Shown here in pieces: positions 59,639 through 64,000 of a stretch of 64,000 bases of DNA. Under the pieces are notes generated by a model, which did not search any database, was not told the DNA's origin, and was given only the letters and a program-made list of their open reading frames with translations. The stretch is from an uncultured Christensenella sp. Lineage in GTDB: Bacteria > Bacillota > Clostridia > Christensenellales > UBA3700. The stretch spans positions 34,236 through 98,235 of the forward strand of contig CAJUEA010000003.1 of assembly GCA_910584975.1 (NCBI GenBank), in the 5' to 3' direction. The translations under genes were made by a program, and so were the position numbers. The stretch's first letter is position 1, and the number at the start of each line of letters is the position of its first letter.

Positions 59639-61492
59639 ATGTTGTTAAAAGATATTAAGCATCCATCAGATATTAAGAATATGGATATTGCAGAGCTTAA
59701 GCTACTGGCAAAAGAATTGAGACAAAAGATTTTGGACACTGTTATGGTTAATGGTGGGCATTTGGCAAGTTCTTTGGGTGCGGTGGAAATTATTCTTGCA
59801 ATGCATTATTGTTTTGATTGTCCTAATGACAAATTTATTTTTGATGTGGGGCATCAATGTTATGCGCACAAACTTTTAACAGGACGCTATGAACAATTTG
59901 ACAGCTTGAGACAATTTGGTGGAATTTCAGGTTTTCCAAAAATAAATGAATCGCAATTTGATGCGGCAAACACAGGACATTCAAGCACAAGCATTTCCAT
60001 AGCTTGTGGTTTAAGTCGTGCTTTGTGGCAGGATAACTCTCCTAATATTACAGTTTCTGTTATTGGAGATGGTGCGCTTACTGGTGGTCTTGCTTATGAG
60101 GCACTTAATGACTGCGTAAACTTAAAGAAAAAACAAATTATCATTTTGAATGACAACTCAATGTCAATTTCCGAAAATGTTGGCAGTACAGCAAAATATT
60201 TGTTAAGATTGCATACTTCAAACACTTACAATAAGTTTAAATCAAAGGCTTACAATGTTGTGCGTGGCTTTAGGATTGACAACACTGATCTTGCAATGAG
60301 GTTTTTGTATAAGGCAAAAAACAGCGTAAAATATTTTCTGCAAGGTGGAATGCCGTTTGAGCAGTTTGGTATAAGGTATTTTGGTCCAATCAATGGACAC
60401 GATTTGGAAGATATTATAAACATTTTGGAAATTGCAAAACGCGAGGATGAAAGTTGTATAATTCATGTGGTTACAAAAAAAGGCTATGGATTTAAAGAGG
60501 CAGAGGATAACCCTGCAAAATATCACGGGTATAGTCCAAAAAGTGGAAGCACTAATGAAAAAATATCTTTTTCTGACGCTTTTGGCGAGGCAATGAAAAA
60601 CATTGCAAGCAGTAATAACAAAGTTTTTGCAGTTACAGCTGCAATGCGTGAAGGCACAGGGCTTTTAGGGTATTCTGAAATGTTTCCACAACGCTTTAGT
60701 GATGTGGGCATTGCAGAAGGGCATGCTGCAACAATGTGTGCGGGGCTTGCACTTGGTGGATATAAGCCATATTTTGCCGTGTACTCTTCATTCTTGCAAA
60801 GGGCATATGATAGTGTCATTCACGATGTTTGTTTGCAAGATTTACCTGTAACTTTTTGCATTGACAGAGCAGGTATTGTGCCAAGTGATGGCGAAACTCA
60901 TCAAGGAATATATGATGTCAATTTTTTGAGGCTTGTGCCAAATATGACAATTTTTGCACCTAAAAACACTGCAGAATTATGTGAGGCAATCAAATGGTCT
61001 GTGGATTTTGAGCATCCACTTGCAATAAGATACCCGAAAGGCTCTGTTGGTGTGGATGGCAATGTTGAACCTATTGAATTAGGCAAATGGGATGTGCTAA
61101 AAAAATCCGATGGGCGTTTGGTAATTCTTGCTGCAGGTGCTTTGATGGTGGAGCAAGCTTGTCTTGCAGCGCAGCAACTTGAGCAATGTGGCATTGAGGC
61201 AGAAGTTGTAAATTGCAGATTTATCAAGCCTATGGATAAAGATTATTTGTCAAAGCTTGACGGCAAATTGGTTGTTACTTTGGAGGATAATCAGTTGGCA
61301 GGTGGATTTGGCAGTGGTGTGTTGGAATTTATCAGTGACAACAATATTAAATCAAATGTGGTTCGTATGGCAATTGATGACAAAGTTTTAACACAAGGCA
61401 GTGTTAAGGAATTGCTAAAAATGTCAAATTTGGATGTGGACAGCATTGTAAAAACTTGCAAATCCAAACTGAATGAGTTTGTGGGGAAATGA
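59639..61492 (+). CDS. dxs: 1-deoxy-D-xylulose-5-phosphate synthase
   Basis: ATG at 59639 after SD gagggg. 617 aa. GGHLASSLGAVE, IGDGALTGG, GIAEGHA. The 25-codon upstream extension in the track carries the repeat motif and is unlikely to be coding. Confidence 0.93.
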   Translation: MLLKDIKHPSDIKNMDIAELKLLAKELRQKILDTVMVNGGHLASSLGAVEIILAMHYCFDCPNDKFIFDVGHQCYAHKLLTGRYEQFDSLRQFGGISGFPKINESQFDAANTGHSSTSISIACGLSRALWQDNSPNITVSVIGDGALTGGLAYEALNDCVNLKKKQIIILNDNSMSISENVGSTAKYLLRLHTSNTYNKFKSKAYNVVRGFRIDNTDLAMRFLYKAKNSVKYFLQGGMPFEQFGIRYFGPINGHDLEDIINILEIAKREDESCIIHVVTKKGYGFKEAEDNPAKYHGYSPKSGSTNEKISFSDAFGEAMKNIASSNNKVFAVTAAMREGTGLLGYSEMFPQRFSDVGIAEGHAATMCAGLALGGYKPYFAVYSSFLQRAYDSVIHDVCLQDLPVTFCIDRAGIVPSDGETHQGIYDVNFLRLVPNMTIFAPKNTAELCEAIKWSVDFEHPLAIRYPKGSVGVDGNVEPIELGKWDVLKKSDGRLVILAAGALMVEQACLAAQQLEQCGIEAEVVNCRFIKPMDKDYLSKLDGKLVVTLEDNQLAGGFGSGVLEFISDNNIKSNVVRMAIDDKVLTQGSVKELLKMSNLDVDSIVKTCKSKLNEFVGK

Positions 61493-61494
61493 TT

Positions 61495-62340
61495 ATGAAA
61501 ATAGGTGTATATGTCAACAAAAATCGTGATTTCGGTGCAGAGTCTGCTTTGAAATTTATGGGAATTGCTGAGGCAAAAGGTGTGCAAATTATTCTTGCAA
61601 CGGGTGTGGAGGAATTTGTTAATATCAAGGCATACAGCTTGGATGAAGTTGCACAAAATTGTGATATTTTGGTTGTTTTTGGTGGCGACGGAACAATGCT
61701 TTCAGTTGCAAGGCGTGTGGTTAAATATGACATTGCTTTGCTGGGCGTAAACAAAGGAAAACTTGGTTTTTTGACAGAGTGCGAGGATACTGACTTTGAA
61801 AATTTGATTGACAGATTGATTGCACAAGATTTTAATATCGAAAAAAGGGCAATGCTCAATGTTAGCGTGGGTGGCAAAAATTATCTTGCACTCAATGAAG
61901 TCAGTTTGTCAAGGCTTATGTCAAAACGCACAATTGACATTTCAATAAGCGTTGATGGTGGAATTTGTGACATTGTGACAGGCGATGGGGTTATTGTAAG
62001 CACTCCAACAGGTTCAACTGCATATGCAATGAGTTGTGGTGGTGCAATTTTAAGCCCAAGTGTGAAAGCCATTGGTGTAACTGCAATTTGTCCTCACAGC
62101 TTAAATTCTAGGCCAATGGTTGTTGGGGATGAAAGCAAACTTTGTCTGAAAGTGCAAAACTGCAATACAAGTGACATTGTTGTTTGCGTGGATGGAGAAA
62201 GTATTGTGTTGGATGAGTCAAACTGCATTGAAATTAAAGTGGAAAAAAGCGAGTGTTTTGCAAAGCTTATAAGACTGAATAATAATAATTTTTATAGCAA
62301 ATTGATACAAAAAATGTCTGGTTGGAACAAATTGGGTTAA
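61495..62340 (+). CDS. nadK: NAD kinase
   Basis: 281 aa. GGDGTML and TPTGSTAY motifs. Confidence 0.92.
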   Translation: MKIGVYVNKNRDFGAESALKFMGIAEAKGVQIILATGVEEFVNIKAYSLDEVAQNCDILVVFGGDGTMLSVARRVVKYDIALLGVNKGKLGFLTECEDTDFENLIDRLIAQDFNIEKRAMLNVSVGGKNYLALNEVSLSRLMSKRTIDISISVDGGICDIVTGDGVIVSTPTGSTAYAMSCGGAILSPSVKAIGVTAICPHSLNSRPMVVGDESKLCLKVQNCNTSDIVVCVDGESIVLDESNCIEIKVEKSECFAKLIRLNNNNFYSKLIQKMSGWNKLG

Positions 62341-62350
62341 AGGAGAAAAT

Positions 62351-62803
62351 ATGAAAAGAAACAAGCGCCAACTTAAATTAGTTGAAATAATCAATAACCA
62401 CGATGTGGAAACTCAAGGAGAGCTGATTGAACTTTTGCAAGCAGCAGGTTTTTCTGTTACGCAAGCAACAATTTCAAGGGATATCAATGACCTTGGTATT
62501 ACAAAAGTAATTGCTCCAAACAGACGCTACAAGTATATTTGCCCACTAGAGGAAAAAGAGGATTTGACAAACAAATATAACAGCTTGTTTAAGCAAGCAG
62601 TTGTTTCAATCAAATCTGCTCAAAACATAATTGTAATCAAAACGATAATTGGCTCTGCAAATAGTGCCGCTGCTTTTATTGATAACTTAAATATTTCGGA
62701 AATCGTTGGCACGCTTGCCGGTGATGATACAATTTTTTTGGCACTTGAAAACGAACATCAAGCAGATATGGTAAAGAGGAAATTGAACAGCTATTTGCAA
62801 TAA
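62351..62803 (+). CDS. argR: Arginine repressor
   Basis: 150 aa. Winged-helix TQGELIELLQAAGFSVTQATISRDINDLG and C-terminal GTLAGDDTIF. Confidence 0.92.
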   Translation: MKRNKRQLKLVEIINNHDVETQGELIELLQAAGFSVTQATISRDINDLGITKVIAPNRRYKYICPLEEKEDLTNKYNSLFKQAVVSIKSAQNIIVIKTIIGSANSAAAFIDNLNISEIVGTLAGDDTIFLALENEHQADMVKRKLNSYLQ

Positions 62804-62818
62804 TTTTTCAAAAAAGTG

Positions 62819-62837
62819 TCAAAAATCGTGACTAAAT
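62819..62837 (+). repeat. Motif copy TCAAAAATCGTGACTAAAT
   Basis: Matches at 16 of 19 positions. Lies in the argR-recN intergenic region. Confidence 0.7.
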
Positions 62838-62971
62838 TGAAAATTTGCAGATTTTTGATAGGAAATTTATTCAAAAACAATTCAAATGTAGCAAATATTT
62901 ACAATTAAATTTTGCTTTTTCAAGCAAAGTTAAATATTGCATTTTAAATCAAATTGTAGCAGGGGGTGCTT

Positions 62972-64000
62972 ATGTTACGCACACTTACAATCAACAATAT
63001 AGCCTTAATAAGTTTTGCAGAAATTGATTTTTCACAAGGCTTGAATATTCTGACTGGTGAGACAGGAGCAGGTAAATCTATCATTATAGATTCCCTCAAT
63101 TTTGTGCTTGGCGAAAGGGCAGACAGGTCGCTTATTCGTGAAGGAGAGGACGAGGCTGTTGTTGAGGCAGAATTTGACAACATCAATCAAATCACTCAAG
63201 CGATTTTGAAGGAGTATGAAATTGACTTTGACGATGGCTTGATTTTGTCAAGAAAAATGGGTGTGGATGGCAAAAATGTTTGCCGTATAAATGGAATAAA
63301 AGTTACAGTCAGTGCGCTAAAAAGCATAGCATCATCTTTGGTGGATATTTATGGTCAGCACGAAAATGCAGTGCTGTTGAACAGCGATAATCACATTGGC
63401 ATTTTGGATAATTTTATTGGCGAAAAAATTGATGACGCAAAGGATGAATATTTGCAGGCTTACAGAAATTTCAAACAAGTTAAAAATAAACTTAGTGAAT
63501 ACAGCAAAATGACAGATGTGGAAATTCGTTTGGAAATTTTGCAAAAACAACTGGATGAAATCAATGAGGCAAACATTGTAATTGGCGAAGAAGAGGAACT
63601 GCAACAAAGATGCGATATGTATGACAATGCAGAGGAAATTGTGCGTAGTTCAAGCAATGCGTATACTTTGCTTAATGGTGATATGGAAAATAATGCTTGT
63701 GACAACATTTATAGTGCAATCAAAGAACTCGGCAGAATAGAAGAGTACAATGCAAATATTTCAGAATACATTTCAAGACTAGAAGAGACAAGAATTGAGC
63801 TTGCAGACATTGCCTCAAGTGTGGATTCAATTGCTAATGGCGTAAGCGTGGATGAGTACGAGGCACAGCGTGATATTGCAAGATTGCACACAATTCATAA
63901 CATAGAAGGTAAGTATGGCAACACTGAGGAACTTGTTTTGGCATATAGGGATAAAATTGCTAGCGAAGTTGAGGAGTTGTCTAACTACAGCTTTATGCTT
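62972..64000 (+). CDS. recN: DNA repair protein RecN (3'-partial, runs off the window)
   Basis: Absent from the ORF track because there is no stop in the window. ATG at 62972 after SD aggggg. MLRTLTINNIALISFAEIDFSQGLNILTGETGAGKSIIIDSL. My hand translation of the first ~70 codons from 62972 has no stop, and the track reports no + strand ORF or stop-bounded frame cutting it before base 64000. Confidence 0.9.
   Translation, partial: MLRTLTINNIALISFAEIDFSQGLNILTGETGAGKSIIIDSLNFVLGERADRSLIREGEDEAVVEAEFDNINQITQAILKEYEIDFDDGLILSRKMGVDGKNVCRINGIKVTVSALKSIASSLVDIYGQHENAVLLNSDNHIGILDNFIGEKIDDAKDEYLQAYRNFKQVKNKLSEYSKMTDVEIRLEILQKQLDEINEANIVIGEEEELQQRCDMYDNAEEIVRSSSNAYTLLNGDMENNACDNIYSAIKELGRIEEYNANISEYISRLEETRIELADIASSVDSIANGVSVDEYEAQRDIARLHTIHNIEGKYGNTEELVLAYRDKIASEVEELSNYSFML

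Noticed and set aside
62845-63027. 60-aa + strand ORF in the argR-recN gap
   Set aside because: It overlaps the recN start in another frame. recN (ATG 62972, SD aggggg) explains the region.

Overview
AT-rich (about one-third G+C by eye) chromosomal segment from a spore-forming Firmicute, probably Clostridia-like. Most genes are on the + strand. The backbone is housekeeping and sporulation genes: hrcA-grpE-dnaK-dnaJ with a CIRCE operator, a Bacillus-type large SRP RNA, guaB, uvrB-uvrA, spoIIIAA-AH, and asp23-nusB-folD-xseA-xseB-ispA-dxs-nadK-argR-recN. Two accessory loci built on type VII (MacB/FtsX-like) ABC transporters stand out. (1) 16.9-25.2 kb has two diverged pairs of FtsX-type permease genes flanking a single ATPase gene, followed by a 450-aa lipoprotein. 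(2) 43.8-55.0 kb is an ~11-kb block lying between spoIIIAH and asp23, which are normally close neighbours. It encodes two tandem fused ATPase-FtsX proteins, a small lipoprotein and a 1540-aa surface protein, with its own candidate regulatory repeats. I consider locus 2, and secondarily locus 1, the best candidates for an undescribed envelope system. At the DNA level, the motif TCAAAAATCG(GTACTAAAA) is strongly over-represented and mostly intergenic, and a 27-nt element is shared by the dnaJ and guaB upstream regions. There is also an 80-bp-period repeat cluster and several unusual hairpins. I saw no CRISPR array, tRNA/rRNA, transposase, integrase or phage genes. All functional calls come from motif recognition in the translated ORFs, with no database search.
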